A DNA stretch of 53,750 nucleotides from Pontimonas sp. (GTDB lineage: Bacteria > Actinomycetota > Actinomycetes > Actinomycetales > Microbacteriaceae). Of this stretch, positions 9,701 to 20,014 are shown piece by piece. The position numbers and the translations under genes were made by a program. Under the pieces are notes generated by a model. It searched no databases and was not told where the DNA came from. It saw only the letters and a list, made by a program, of their open reading frames with translations. Position 1 is the first letter of the stretch. Every line of letters begins with the position of its first letter. Location of the stretch: positions 1 to 53,750 of the forward strand of contig JAFMKX010000002.1 of NCBI GenBank assembly GCA_017852615.1, in the 5' to 3' direction.

Positions 9701-10263
9701 CCGGCCACATTCAAGGGGTGGGCTTTGACCTGTATTTGCGTATGGTCGGTGAAGCGATTGCCACTTTCCGGGATGATGTCGCCCCTGGGCAGAGCGAACT
9801 TCGCTTAGAACTCCCCGTTGATGCGCGTATTCCTCTGGATTACATCGATAGTGAACGCTTGCGCTTGGAGATGTATCAAAAACTCTCCGGTGCGGTCGCA
9901 CCCTCGAGCCCTGAGGGCGCCATTGATGATGTGGTGGAGGAAATGCGCGATCGTTATGGCGAACTCCCAGGGGCAGTGACCACGTTGGTCTTAGTCACCA
10001 GGCTTCGTCGCACCGCGATGACCAGGGGCCTGAGCGATGTAATCGTGATGGGGAACAAGTTGCGCGTGGTGGGGCCGCCTTTGCCCGATTCCCTGCAGGT
10101 TCGCCTCACCAGGGTGTATCCGCGGGCGACCTATATGGCTCCCGCTCGGGTGGCTTTGATTCCCGTTCCCGAGGACTACACCGATGTGGCAATGGTGACG
10201 TTTGTGGAAGGGGTGCTCGATGCCCTCTATCCGCCGCCGGTGGAGGTTAACCCGGCAGACTAG
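6721..10263 (+). CDS. mfd: Transcription-repair coupling factor
   Basis: UvrB-homology region (PAWETLPHE, RGGILDVF), CarD/TRCF domain (GDYVVHDTHGVG), GDVGFGKTE, DEEQRFG, QLRGRVGR. Confidence 0.97.
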   Translation: MSLRFIPSWLTEDDAFAQALDATSEGGQLVVPAGAYAPVVASSAAQRGAGSVTVVVCATGRESDSLRDQLRSLVEEGTEVLDFPAWETLPHERLSPHPETTARRRSALRALWQAGRNPRRNSLIVVASIRALVQRINPEIARFTPWIALEGSSEHSLGEWVSYLLEAAYQRVDLVTRRGEFALRGGILDVFPPLSDHPLRLDFFGDTIENMTYFTVSDQRSLPDHVSSLSLEPAREMLITDTVKAKARELAGEYPGLGTLLEKIAEGIPSEGMESLQPLLVGTLVAPASLAPEDAVFIEVSSQKVAARAEILHHTNREFLQAAWEAAALTGTNAPVDLASGDFLSRDEVLASVSPRPWISLDSLDTGDVASVRVEAAALPIGTPGSEEIWDFVAQRARAGDRVVCVMAGHGLIERTGDLLGERDIPHRSDDSPNPSMTPGVVLIVQGALAEGLWLPGAGLVVVSEKELFGKAVSASPRSNRTLATKRTRVVDPLQLSAGDYVVHDTHGVGKFVELVSREVSTGGRDAIKSLREFVVMEYAPSKRGGPPDRLSVPTDQLHLLSHYVGSDQPTLSKMGGSDWAATKGKARKAVRELAVDLVKLYSARMSAPGFAFSPDTPWQRELEEAFPFVETPDQLTTIDEVKADMERPIPMDRLIAGDVGFGKTEVAVRAAFKAVQDGKQVALIAPTTLLVKQHMETFQERYAPFPVVVRALSRFQTESEAKAVIAGLADGSVDVVIGTHRLLSKSVAFKDLGLIIIDEEQRFGVEHKDSLKALKTNVDVLAMSATPIPRTLEMAVTGIREMSTLATPPEQRHPILTFVGPYHEAQVVAAIRRELLREGQVFFVHNRVSSINKVAARVAELVPEARVAIAHGQMPESELEATMVDFWERRFDVLVSTTIIETGLDVTNANTLIIDRAERYGLSQLHQLRGRVGRGRERGYAYLLYDQDLPMGENAHDRLATLAATTDLGGGTRIALKDLEMRGAGNLLGAEQAGHIQGVGFDLYLRMVGEAIATFRDDVAPGQSELRLELPVDARIPLDYIDSERLRLEMYQKLSGAVAPSSPEGAIDDVVEEMRDRYGELPGAVTTLVLVTRLRRTAMTRGLSDVIVMGNKLRVVGPPLPDSLQVRLTRVYPRATYMAPARVALIPVPEDYTDVAMVTFVEGVLDALYPPPVEVNPAD

Positions 10264-10267
10264 AGCC

Positions 10268-10933
10268 ATGTCATCACATCCCGGACTCGATTCTTTGATT
10301 TCCACCATGGCGACGTTGCGCTCCGAGGAGGGCTGCCCGTGGGATAGGGAACAAACTCACGACAGTCTGGTGGGTTATTTATTAGAAGAGGTCTTCGAGC
10401 TGATCGAAGCACTGGAGAGCGGCTCCGCGGCAGATGTGAAAGAGGAGCTGGGGGATGTGCTCTACCAACTTCTCTTCCACGCAGATATTGCGGCGGCCAG
10501 CGAGAGTGGGCCTTTTGACATTGATGATGTGGCCAAGGCCGTGGATGACAAAATGCGCACCCGTCACCCCCACGTTTTTGCCCAGGGCGAAGCCACCACC
10601 GTGGCGGAAGTCACAGCCAAGTGGGAAGAAATCAAGGCCACCGAAAAAGCCCAGCGCACCAGCGTGCTGGAAGGCATTCCGGAAAAACTCTCCGCACTAG
10701 CCAGGGCAGCGAGCGTTCATAAACGAAGCCGAGAGGTGGTGGTGCACACACCCCCTGGTGAGCTTCCCGAATTTTCTGGGGAAGAGGAATTGGGTGAGCT
10801 GCTGTTTGCCCTGGTGGCTCAGGCTCGAGCACAGGGCCTGGATGCCGAGAAGGCTTTGAGGCTCAGAACACGGGCTTTTGAAGCTCTGGTGGAAGAACAC
10901 GAGCGCACCTCGCAGCGGAAAAACGGGGCTTGA
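10268..10933 (+). CDS. mazG: MazG nucleoside triphosphate pyrophosphohydrolase
   Basis: LRSEEGCPWDREQTH, EEVFE, EELGDVL, RHPHVF; short degenerate second repeat. Confidence 0.93.
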   Translation: MSSHPGLDSLISTMATLRSEEGCPWDREQTHDSLVGYLLEEVFELIEALESGSAADVKEELGDVLYQLLFHADIAAASESGPFDIDDVAKAVDDKMRTRHPHVFAQGEATTVAEVTAKWEEIKATEKAQRTSVLEGIPEKLSALARAASVHKRSREVVVHTPPGELPEFSGEEELGELLFALVAQARAQGLDAEKALRLRTRAFEALVEEHERTSQRKNGA

Positions 10934-10959
10934 GCACTAGTTAGTGAAAGAATCGCTGT

Positions 10960-12228
10960 ATGGCGGTCACTTCGGCACGGGGAATGCGCGACTTTCTTCC
11001 CCGGGATAAGCAACGACGTGACGCGATTCTCGAGGTGATTACCCAGACCTATCACCGGCACGGATTTGATTCCATTGAAACCCCGGCTCTGGAAGACCGT
11101 GAGCGCTTGCACTCGGGATTGGGCGGGGATAACGAAAAACTGAGTTTCCAGGTACTCAAGCGTGGGCTGAGCAGCGAAGACATCGCCGCGACGAACTCCT
11201 CAGAAGACCTGAGTGATTTGGGTCTTCGTTTTGACCTCACTGTTCCCCTTGCCCGGTTCTATGCCTCGCATCACGGCGCACTGCCTCCTGTGTTTCGATC
11301 CCTGCATGTGGGACCGGTGTGGCGGGCAGAGCGACCCCAGAAAGGCCGCTATCGCCAGTTCGTGCAGTGCGATATCGATATTCTCGGCCAGGGCGAGACC
11401 AGCGCTGAGGTAGAAATCATGCTGGCCACCGCGGATGTGCTGGATCGCTTGGGCCTGGAAGGCTGGAGCTTTCGAGTCAATGATCGTCGTCTATTACTAG
11501 AGCTTCTTCGAGCCGCTGGTATCGCACCCGCTGATCACACCACCGCACTCATCATCTTGGACAAGCTCGACAAAATAGGTGCAGATGCTGTTCTTGCCGA
11601 ACTGGAGCAGGCGCTGCCTGCTGGTTTTTCCACTGAGGTCTTGCGCCCTGTGCTCTCCGGTGCAACCCCAGGATTTAACCCCGAAGACATCGCCGCGGTG
11701 ATGGGCTCAGGCGAAAGTGCCACCGCTGCTGCGCAGGAGCTGTGCTCATGGGTCACCGTCGTGGAATCCATTCGAGGTGCTGGTGAGTTTGTCTTTGACC
11801 CCACCCTGGTGCGGGGAATGGGTTATTACACCGCGTCGATCATGGAAGTGTCCCATCCTGATTTGGGGATTTCACTCGGCGGTGGTGGTCGTTACGACGG
11901 CATGATCGGGCGTTTCTTGGGCACCGAAGTTCCTGCAGTGGGCTTCTCCCTGGGTTTTGAGCGCCTGGTGGAAGTAGTCGACGCACACGAAGGAAGCAAT
12001 CTTGATCGCGTGGCGTTGGTCTATGACGCACAGGCCGAGCTCGAGCACGTGGTCAAGATCAAAATGCAGTTGGTCTCCACCGGGCACACCGTGCGCCTGG
12101 TCGAGGCAAGCAAAAATCGCCGGGCGCTGTATGAGCGACTCGCAGGTGATGGGTTCACGCGCGTGGCTCAGGTGAGCGAGGCAACCAGCGATGCGGAAGC
12201 ACTTTCCTGGCGTGAGCTCGGCGCGTAG
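10960..12228 (+). CDS. hisS: Histidine--tRNA ligase
   Basis: RGMRDFLP, LRFDLTVPLAR, WRAERPQKGRYRQFVQCDID, VRGMGYYT, GGGRYDGM, GFSLGFERL. Confidence 0.92.
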   Translation: MAVTSARGMRDFLPRDKQRRDAILEVITQTYHRHGFDSIETPALEDRERLHSGLGGDNEKLSFQVLKRGLSSEDIAATNSSEDLSDLGLRFDLTVPLARFYASHHGALPPVFRSLHVGPVWRAERPQKGRYRQFVQCDIDILGQGETSAEVEIMLATADVLDRLGLEGWSFRVNDRRLLLELLRAAGIAPADHTTALIILDKLDKIGADAVLAELEQALPAGFSTEVLRPVLSGATPGFNPEDIAAVMGSGESATAAAQELCSWVTVVESIRGAGEFVFDPTLVRGMGYYTASIMEVSHPDLGISLGGGGRYDGMIGRFLGTEVPAVGFSLGFERLVEVVDAHEGSNLDRVALVYDAQAELEHVVKIKMQLVSTGHTVRLVEASKNRRALYERLAGDGFTRVAQVSEATSDAEALSWRELGA

Positions 12229-12262
12229 TCACGCAGCTCATCTGTGCCTTACTAAGATTTAG

Positions 12263-13585
<1,323 letters not shown>

Positions 13586-13635
13586 GTCCTGCGAGCCCAG
13601 CGAGTCACCAAGGCTCTAAGTTCTACACTGACGGT

Positions 13636-14151
13636 GTGGCCCGAGTAGCACAACGAAAAAAACGCCCTGGCGTGGCATCTGCCGCCTCAGTGCTTCTGTC
13701 GTTGCAGGCCTCGGGCTTTGCTGTGACGGTGTTGATTCTTCTGGTGACAGGTGTGGTGATGCTCTCACCGACTTTGCGGGTGTTGGCCGAGCAGCAACAA
13801 GAAATAGCCCAATTGGAAGAAACACTGGCGAGCAGTAACCAAGAAGTCTTTGATTTAGAGGAACAGCGCGAGCGTTGGAAAGACCCCGCGTATGTCGAAA
13901 CCCAGGCCAGAGAGCGCCTGATGTTTGTCTATCCCGGCGATATTACCTACTTGGTGATTGATGACGTGGGCATCGATGACACCGAAGACCAGCGTGAGAT
14001 TTCCCAAGAACTCGTGGCGTCGTCCACGGATTGGCGTCAATCTCTGCTGGCCTCCTACTTGGTCGCTGCGACCACCTCGCGGAGCGAGGAAAGAATCGAG
14101 CCAGCCGAGCCGCAGCTCATCCCTTCGCCAGATCCCGGTGGTGCTCCGTGA
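13636..14151 (+). CDS. Septum formation initiator (FtsB/DivIC family)
   Basis: One TM helix, coiled coil, DPAYVETQARERL..YPGD; conserved position after eno. Confidence 0.88.
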   Translation: MARVAQRKKRPGVASAASVLLSLQASGFAVTVLILLVTGVVMLSPTLRVLAEQQQEIAQLEETLASSNQEVFDLEEQRERWKDPAYVETQARERLMFVYPGDITYLVIDDVGIDDTEDQREISQELVASSTDWRQSLLASYLVAATTSRSEERIEPAEPQLIPSPDPGGAP

Positions 14152-14642
14152 CGGTAGTCCACGATGCTCCGAGCCCCGCAGACATTGCCGTAGTCAGTGA
14201 GCAGTTGGGCAGGCCCGCCAGAGATATCGTGGCTATCTCTGCCCGGTGCGTGTGTGGAAATCCGGTGGTCGTGATGACGAAGCCGCGATTAGAGGATGGA
14301 ACTCCCTTTCCTACGGTCTATTACCTCACCCAGCTTGCTGCTACCCAAGCTGCTTCTCGGCTCGAAGCCGAGGGCAAAATGGCGCAGTATCAGCAGCGCC
14401 TAGCCGAGGAACCCGACGCTCAAGCCTTGTATTCCAGCGCTCATGAATCTTTTTTGCAGACCCGAGAATCATTGGGTGTTGTCGATGAAATTGCGGGGAT
14501 ATCTGCCGGTGGCATGCCCACTCGGGTGAAATGCTTACATTCCTTGATGGCACACTCACTCTCCGTGGGACCGGGAGTCAACCCCGTGGGGGATTGGGCT
14601 CTGGAAGACACCACCTGGAGCACGGAAAAGTGTTGGTGCTAA
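14148..14642 (+). CDS. DUF501 family protein
   Basis: QLGR, PRLEDGTPFPTVYYLT, GGMPTRVKCLH, NPVGD; GTGA overlap with the upstream gene. Confidence 0.9.
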   Translation: MTVVHDAPSPADIAVVSEQLGRPARDIVAISARCVCGNPVVVMTKPRLEDGTPFPTVYYLTQLAATQAASRLEAEGKMAQYQQRLAEEPDAQALYSSAHESFLQTRESLGVVDEIAGISAGGMPTRVKCLHSLMAHSLSVGPGVNPVGDWALEDTTWSTEKCWC

Positions 14643-15865
14643 GAGTCGCTCCCGCGCTGATTCTCATCGGCGCTCTCCTGGGCATACCTGCCGCGGTGAT
14701 GTCGACAAGCCCTGCCCATGCCGACCAGGTTCGCGAGCGGGAGTATTGGCTCCAGGATTACGGAATTGAAGCTGCCTGGAGCGTAACCAAAGGTGCTGGG
14801 GTCCGTATCGCCATTATCGATACGGGCATTGACGGTAGTCATCCCGATTTGCTCGGTGCCGTAGTGGGCGGAGCAGACTTCTCCGGTCTTGGCAGCTTCA
14901 ACGGGCAAACTCCCGTGGGTAGCGAGCGACGTCACGGGACCATGGTGGCCTCGCTCGCGGCAGGCCGAGGAAATAACGGAACTGATGGGGTGCTCGGTAG
15001 CGCACCGGAGGCGCAACTCTTGAGCTTGTCGATGAGCTTTGGTGGGGGACTGATTTCACCGGATGAACAAATCGCTCAGGCCGTGCGCTTTGCCGTGGAT
15101 AACCAAGCCGACATTATTTCCCTGTCGTTGACTCGCAACACCAGGGATTGGCCAGAATCCTGGGACGACGCTTTTGGATATGCCGAGGACAACGATGTCG
15201 TCGTGATAGCCGCGGCGGGTAATCGTGGCAGTGGAACGGTGGCCGTGGGAGCACCGGCGACCATGCCGGGTGTCTTGACCGTCGGTGGCGTCACGCAAGA
15301 GGGCATTGCCAGCGATAGCGCTTCGTCCCAGGGCATCACTATTGGTGTCATGGCTCCCAGCGAAGGACTCGTGGGCGCCATACCCGAGGGTGGCTACGTG
15401 TCCTGGTCAGGAACGAGCGGCGCCACCCCCATCGTGGCGGGAATCGTGGCCCTGGTTCGAGCCGCCTATCCCAGCATGGATGCGGCCAATGTGGTGAATC
15501 GGATTTTGGCAACCGCACGGCCGGTGGGGCAGAGCATCCCGGATGCTTTATATGGCTATGGTCTTGTCGATGCCTACGCTGCCGTCACAGCCCAGGTTCC
15601 CCTCGTTGATGCCCATCCACTAGGAACGTTGGACGAGTGGGTCACGCTGCATCGCCGGCTGGAGGGAAGCTCGATTGTGGTTCCGCTGGGACCCACCAAT
15701 GTGGCTGAGGAAGCGCCGAAAACCGCTGATCGAGTCATCGCGGCGGCCCCGGACACCAGACGAGATACGTTGCCCTACGTGGTGACGGGAATCTTTGCCG
15801 TGCTGCTGTTGCTGGTGCTGGCCAGTGGCACGGGACTTGCATGGCTGCGCCGAGGAAAGCGGTAA
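14636..15865 (+). CDS. Membrane-anchored S8 subtilisin-like (mycosin-like) serine protease
   Basis: Signal peptide ending PAHA, triad IIDTG / HGTMVA / GTSGATP, oxyanion AAGN, C-terminal TM followed by RRGKR. Start approximate (14630-14636). Confidence 0.9.
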   Translation: MLRVAPALILIGALLGIPAAVMSTSPAHADQVREREYWLQDYGIEAAWSVTKGAGVRIAIIDTGIDGSHPDLLGAVVGGADFSGLGSFNGQTPVGSERRHGTMVASLAAGRGNNGTDGVLGSAPEAQLLSLSMSFGGGLISPDEQIAQAVRFAVDNQADIISLSLTRNTRDWPESWDDAFGYAEDNDVVVIAAAGNRGSGTVAVGAPATMPGVLTVGGVTQEGIASDSASSQGITIGVMAPSEGLVGAIPEGGYVSWSGTSGATPIVAGIVALVRAAYPSMDAANVVNRILATARPVGQSIPDALYGYGLVDAYAAVTAQVPLVDAHPLGTLDEWVTLHRRLEGSSIVVPLGPTNVAEEAPKTADRVIAAAPDTRRDTLPYVVTGIFAVLLLLVLASGTGLAWLRRGKR

Positions 15866-15901
15866 GTTAGTACCTGTCTTCCCGGAAAAAATAGGTGATG
15901 T

Positions 15902-17251
15902 GTGACTCGAATAGTGATAGTCGGCGGCGGTTACGCCGGTTTTTATACCGCTTTTAAGCTCGAAAAACTGCTGAGGCGTGGTGAAGCAGAGGTCGTCGTG
16001 ATTGACCCCCTGCCCTATATGACCTATCAGCCGTTTTTGCCCGAGGTTGCGGCTGGCTCTATTGAAGCCCGCCACGCGATTGTTCCCCTGCGTCGTCACT
16101 TGCCCAAGACCCGTGTCATCACCGGTCGCGTGACCGGTGTGGATCACGCCAAGAAAAAGGTCACCGTCACCCCCGAGGGTTTTGCGGACTTTAGCCTTGA
16201 CTATGACCACCTCGTGATCACTGCAGGTGCTGTGTCGAGAACGTTCCCCATTCCCGGTGTTGCCGATTGCGCCATCGGAATGAAGACCATCGAAGAAGCC
16301 ATCGCTATTCGCGACCGGGTGATTGACAATCTCCACGTGGCAGCAGATTTGCCCCCGGGCAAAGCACGCGATCGTCTCCTGACCGTGGTGGTTATCGGTG
16401 GAGGTTTTGCCGGCATTGAAGCCTTTGCGGAACTGCGCAGCATGGTTTCAGCGATGCTCAAAGAGTTCCCCACCTTGAGCATTGACGACACTCACTTCCA
16501 CCTCATCGAGGCGATGGATCGCATCATGCCCGAAGTCTCTCTCAAGAGCTCGTTGTGGGTTATTAAGAATCTGGAGCAGCGTCAAGCTCACATCCACTTG
16601 AATACTCAGCTCGAAAATGCAGTGGATGGCAAACTCAAGCTCTCCAACGGCATGACCATCGAGACCGACATGGTGATTTGGACTGCCGGTGTGAAAGCCC
16701 ATTCCATGCTCGGCGGAACCGGCATTCCTCTGGATGATCGCGAGCGAATTTGTGCTGGAGCTGACTTACGTGTGGTGGAGGGCACCGAGGTCATCGAGGG
16801 GCTCTGGAGCGCCGGCGATGTCGCCAGGGTGCCCGATCTCAGTGGAGGCGGAGTGGGTGGCTACTGTGTGCCCAACGCCCAGCACGCTGTTCGCCAAGGA
16901 AAAGTATTAGCGAAGAACCTTGTCGCTGTGTTGCGCGAAGAAGAGCCTAAGAATTACGTCCACAAGAACCTGGGCGCGGTGGCTGGTTTGGGAGTCGGTT
17001 ATGGCGTCTTCCAAAGCGGAAACTTTGCTGTGACAGGCTTCCTAGCCTGGGTAATGCACCGTTTCTACCATGGCTTCGCTATTCCGATGTTTGAGCGCAA
17101 AGCTCGGGTCTTTACCAACTGGCTCGTTCATGTGTTCTGGGGACGCGATTTCTCGAGTGTTCGCAAGGTTCAACGACCTCGCGAATTCTTTGAGGAATTT
17201 GCCACGAGGCCGGCATCGGAAACGAAAAAGGCTAAAGTTCTCGCTCGCTAA
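15902..17251 (+). CDS. Type II NADH dehydrogenase-like FAD-dependent oxidoreductase
   Basis: Two Rossmann motifs GGGYAG and GGGFAG, YQPFLPEVAAG, WTAGV, AQHAVRQG. Confidence 0.9.
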   Translation: MTRIVIVGGGYAGFYTAFKLEKLLRRGEAEVVVIDPLPYMTYQPFLPEVAAGSIEARHAIVPLRRHLPKTRVITGRVTGVDHAKKKVTVTPEGFADFSLDYDHLVITAGAVSRTFPIPGVADCAIGMKTIEEAIAIRDRVIDNLHVAADLPPGKARDRLLTVVVIGGGFAGIEAFAELRSMVSAMLKEFPTLSIDDTHFHLIEAMDRIMPEVSLKSSLWVIKNLEQRQAHIHLNTQLENAVDGKLKLSNGMTIETDMVIWTAGVKAHSMLGGTGIPLDDRERICAGADLRVVEGTEVIEGLWSAGDVARVPDLSGGGVGGYCVPNAQHAVRQGKVLAKNLVAVLREEEPKNYVHKNLGAVAGLGVGYGVFQSGNFAVTGFLAWVMHRFYHGFAIPMFERKARVFTNWLVHVFWGRDFSSVRKVQRPREFFEEFATRPASETKKAKVLAR

Positions 17252-17263
17252 TATGGTGCGAAA

Positions 17264-17337
17264 GCCCCGGTAGCCCAATCGGCAGAGGCAGACGACTTAA
17301 AATCGTCCCAGTCAGGGTTCGAGTCCCTGCCGGGGCA
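17264..17337 (+). tRNA. tRNA-Leu (TAA), short variable loop, CCA not encoded
   Basis: GCCCCGG/CCGGGGC acceptor, GACGA-CTTAAAA-TCGTC anticodon arm, CAGGG-TTCGAGT-CCCTG T arm, discriminator A. Confidence 0.93.
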
Positions 17338-17378
17338 CCCACACAAAATTCCAAGGCATTCGGCGTAGGGTGGGGGCT

Positions 17379-17945
17379 ATGGATGCATTAGTGATTGTGG
17401 GCATTGTCGTCGTCGTGGCGATTGCCGTGGGTATTTATCTCTGGGCGACCTATAACGCGTTGGTCACCCTCAACGTCCGGGTTGATGAAGCGTGGAGCGA
17501 CATTACTGTCCAGCTCAAGCGCCGGGCAGACCTCATTCCTAATCTGATCGAAACGGTCAAGGGATATGCGGCGCACGAAAGCAAAGTTTTTGAGCAAGTA
17601 ACCAAGGCGCGAGCCGCTGCCTTGGGTGCGGGAGACCCTTCCTCGGCCGCTGCCGCAGAAAACATGATGCAAAGCGCGCTCAAGAGCATTTTTGCTGTCG
17701 CTGAGGCATATCCGCAGCTTCAAGCAAGCCAGAACTTTCTCGAGCTTCAATCTGAGTTGGTGGATACCGAAGACAAGATTCAGGCTTCGAGGCGTTTCTA
17801 TAACGGCGGTGTTCGGGAGCTCAACACCAAGATTCAGCTCTTCCCCAACACTCTTTTTGCCAAGAACCTGGGCTTTAGTTCGAGAGACTTCTTTGAAGTA
17901 GAAGACGCCGCGGCTATTGCTTCAGCGCCTCGCGTCCAGTTCTAG
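17379..17945 (+). CDS. lemA: LemA family protein
   Basis: N-terminal TM, YNALV, QLKRRADLIPNL, AEAYPQL, RRFYN. Confidence 0.93.
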   Translation: MDALVIVGIVVVVAIAVGIYLWATYNALVTLNVRVDEAWSDITVQLKRRADLIPNLIETVKGYAAHESKVFEQVTKARAAALGAGDPSSAAAAENMMQSALKSIFAVAEAYPQLQASQNFLELQSELVDTEDKIQASRRFYNGGVRELNTKIQLFPNTLFAKNLGFSSRDFFEVEDAAAIASAPRVQF

Positions 17946-17966
17946 CAAGCCCGAGGGGCGCTAAGT

Positions 17967-18854
17967 ATGTATCGGGCTATTGGAGCTAATAAGCGCAACA
18001 CCTGGATCATTATGGTGTTTTTCATCATCTTGATCGGTGCTCTGGGCTATGCCGCTGATCTGTATCTCAGTGGCGGGACCGGGGTGGTCTTCTTCGCCGT
18101 GTTGATTGGCGCGACAATCTATGTCGCTATCCAGTATTACTCCTCGGGGTCTCAAGCGCTCTCGATGGCCGGCGCCCACCAAATCGACAAAGCGGATAAC
18201 CCTCGGTTGTATCGCATTGTCGAAAACCTCGCGATTACCACGGGAATGCCGATGCCCAAGGTCTATCTAGTGGATGACCCGGCACCGAACGCTTTTGCCA
18301 CCGGCCGAGACCCTGACCATGCCGCTGTGGCCGCCACCACGGGACTGCTCGAGATCATGACGGATTCGGAACTCGAAGGGGTGATGGCCCATGAAATGGC
18401 ACACGTCAAGAATTTCGACATCCGGGTGACGACCATTGTTTTTGGTCTTGTGGTGGTCGTGGGCATCATTGCCGATGTGTTGGCCAGGATGGCGTTCTTC
18501 GGCGGAATGCGTCGTAACAATGGGGGCGGTAATCCGCTGATTATCCTGATGGGTATTGCCGCGATGATTCTTGCCCCGGTGCTTGCTGCGCTGATTCAGG
18601 CAGCTGTCTCGCGCCAGCGGGAGTATTTGGCTGATGCCACAGGGGCTCTCACAACGCGACACCCGGAAGCTTTGGCCAGCGCGTTAGAAAAGCTGGCTGA
18701 ATACGGGAGGCCCCTGAAAAAACAACAGGCGTCCATGGCGCACTTGTGGATGGCTGACCCCATCAAGCCCGGAGTGATCGATCGCATGTTCCAAACCCAC
18801 CCGCCTATCGAAGATCGGGTGGCACGTTTGCTGGAGAATCAAGCGCGCTTTTAG
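17967..18854 (+). CDS. htpX: M48 zinc metalloprotease HtpX-like
   Basis: PNAFATG, HEMAH (HExxH), SRQREYLADA, THPP; lemA-htpX pairing. Confidence 0.92.
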   Translation: MYRAIGANKRNTWIIMVFFIILIGALGYAADLYLSGGTGVVFFAVLIGATIYVAIQYYSSGSQALSMAGAHQIDKADNPRLYRIVENLAITTGMPMPKVYLVDDPAPNAFATGRDPDHAAVAATTGLLEIMTDSELEGVMAHEMAHVKNFDIRVTTIVFGLVVVVGIIADVLARMAFFGGMRRNNGGGNPLIILMGIAAMILAPVLAALIQAAVSRQREYLADATGALTTRHPEALASALEKLAEYGRPLKKQQASMAHLWMADPIKPGVIDRMFQTHPPIEDRVARLLENQARF

Positions 18855-18889
18855 GTGTGCTTATCACCCCGACAACCTAGACTGTGGGG

Positions 18890-20014
18890 ATGCTGAGTCC
18901 GCGCAGATCAAGTAAAACACCGGTGTCACGGATTGTGATTCCGATAGGCCTTCAACGTGCCACGGAATGGTCGTGGCGATTCTTGGTGATCGCGGCGGCA
19001 GCAGCCATTGGCCTTTTTCTGATTATTCAGTTGAACTTTTTGATTGTTCCCCTCCTGATTGCGGTGCTGTTGGCCGCTTTGGCAGCTCCGTTGGCGATCG
19101 GACTTCGCAGGCTGCGCTTTCCCCGATGGCTGGCGACTCTCACCACCTTGATTGTGTTTGTGGCCCTGGTCACCGGCTTGGTATGGCTGGTGGTGGGTGA
19201 ACTTGTTCGAGGATGGGAATCGTTGCGCGATCGCACCATCATTGCTTATGACGACTTTGTACTGTTCTTACTGGAGTCACCTCTAGAGGTCTCTGAAGTT
19301 CAGCTCAATACCTGGTTCGCTGTCTTGATGGAGCAATCGAATATTGACTCTGCGTGGGTCCTCAGTGGCGCCCTCTCGGTGACCTCTTCGGTGGGCTCGT
19401 GGCTGGTGGGCGCTGGTATCGCGCTCTTTGCCTTGGTGTTCTTCATCCACGATGGTGCTCGAATTTGGCAATACATGGTCTCGTGGTTTCCCAGGCTTGC
19501 CCGTCCGGCCATTTTGGGTTCGGGAAAAGCAGGCTGGGATACTCTTCTGAGCTATGTGAAGGTGCAAATCTTTGTGGCTTTTGTTGATGCCCTGGGTATT
19601 GGCTTAGGCGCTTTCTTTTTAGGCCTTCCCTTAGTGGTCCCCATTGCTATTGGGGTGTTCTTGGGAGCTTTTGTCCCCATCGTGGGTGCCACGGTGGCTG
19701 CAGCCTTGGCGGTGTTGGTGGCCCTGGTTTATGAAGGACCCTTCATCGCGCTGATCATGCTGATTATTGTCTTGGTTGTTCAACAGATTGAGGGACAGGT
19801 CTTGCAGCCTTTGATTATGGGTGCCGCTGTTCGCATTCACCCTCTGGCAGTGGTTCTTGCCGTGGCAGCTGGTGGGTATTTAGCGGGCATTCCCGGCGTT
19901 CTCTTTGCTGTTCCCGTCGTCGCTTTTGTCAACGTCGTGGTCACGTATTTGGCCGCTGGCGAGTGGCGTGGGGATCCCGGCGCAGTGGTCGGAATAGAAG
20001 ACAAGGTTCGCTGA
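18890..20014 (+). CDS. AI-2E family transporter
   Basis: Multiple TM segments, FVPIVG, QQIEGQVLQP, IHPLAV, LFAVP. Confidence 0.88.
   Translation: MLSPRRSSKTPVSRIVIPIGLQRATEWSWRFLVIAAAAAIGLFLIIQLNFLIVPLLIAVLLAALAAPLAIGLRRLRFPRWLATLTTLIVFVALVTGLVWLVVGELVRGWESLRDRTIIAYDDFVLFLLESPLEVSEVQLNTWFAVLMEQSNIDSAWVLSGALSVTSSVGSWLVGAGIALFALVFFIHDGARIWQYMVSWFPRLARPAILGSGKAGWDTLLSYVKVQIFVAFVDALGIGLGAFFLGLPLVVPIAIGVFLGAFVPIVGATVAAALAVLVALVYEGPFIALIMLIIVLVVQQIEGQVLQPLIMGAAVRIHPLAVVLAVAAGGYLAGIPGVLFAVPVVAFVNVVVTYLAAGEWRGDPGAVVGIEDKVR

Noticed and set aside
17338-17378. tRNA-Leu 3' end as an integration site
   Set aside because: No integrase, no duplicated tRNA end noticed, and housekeeping genes follow directly.
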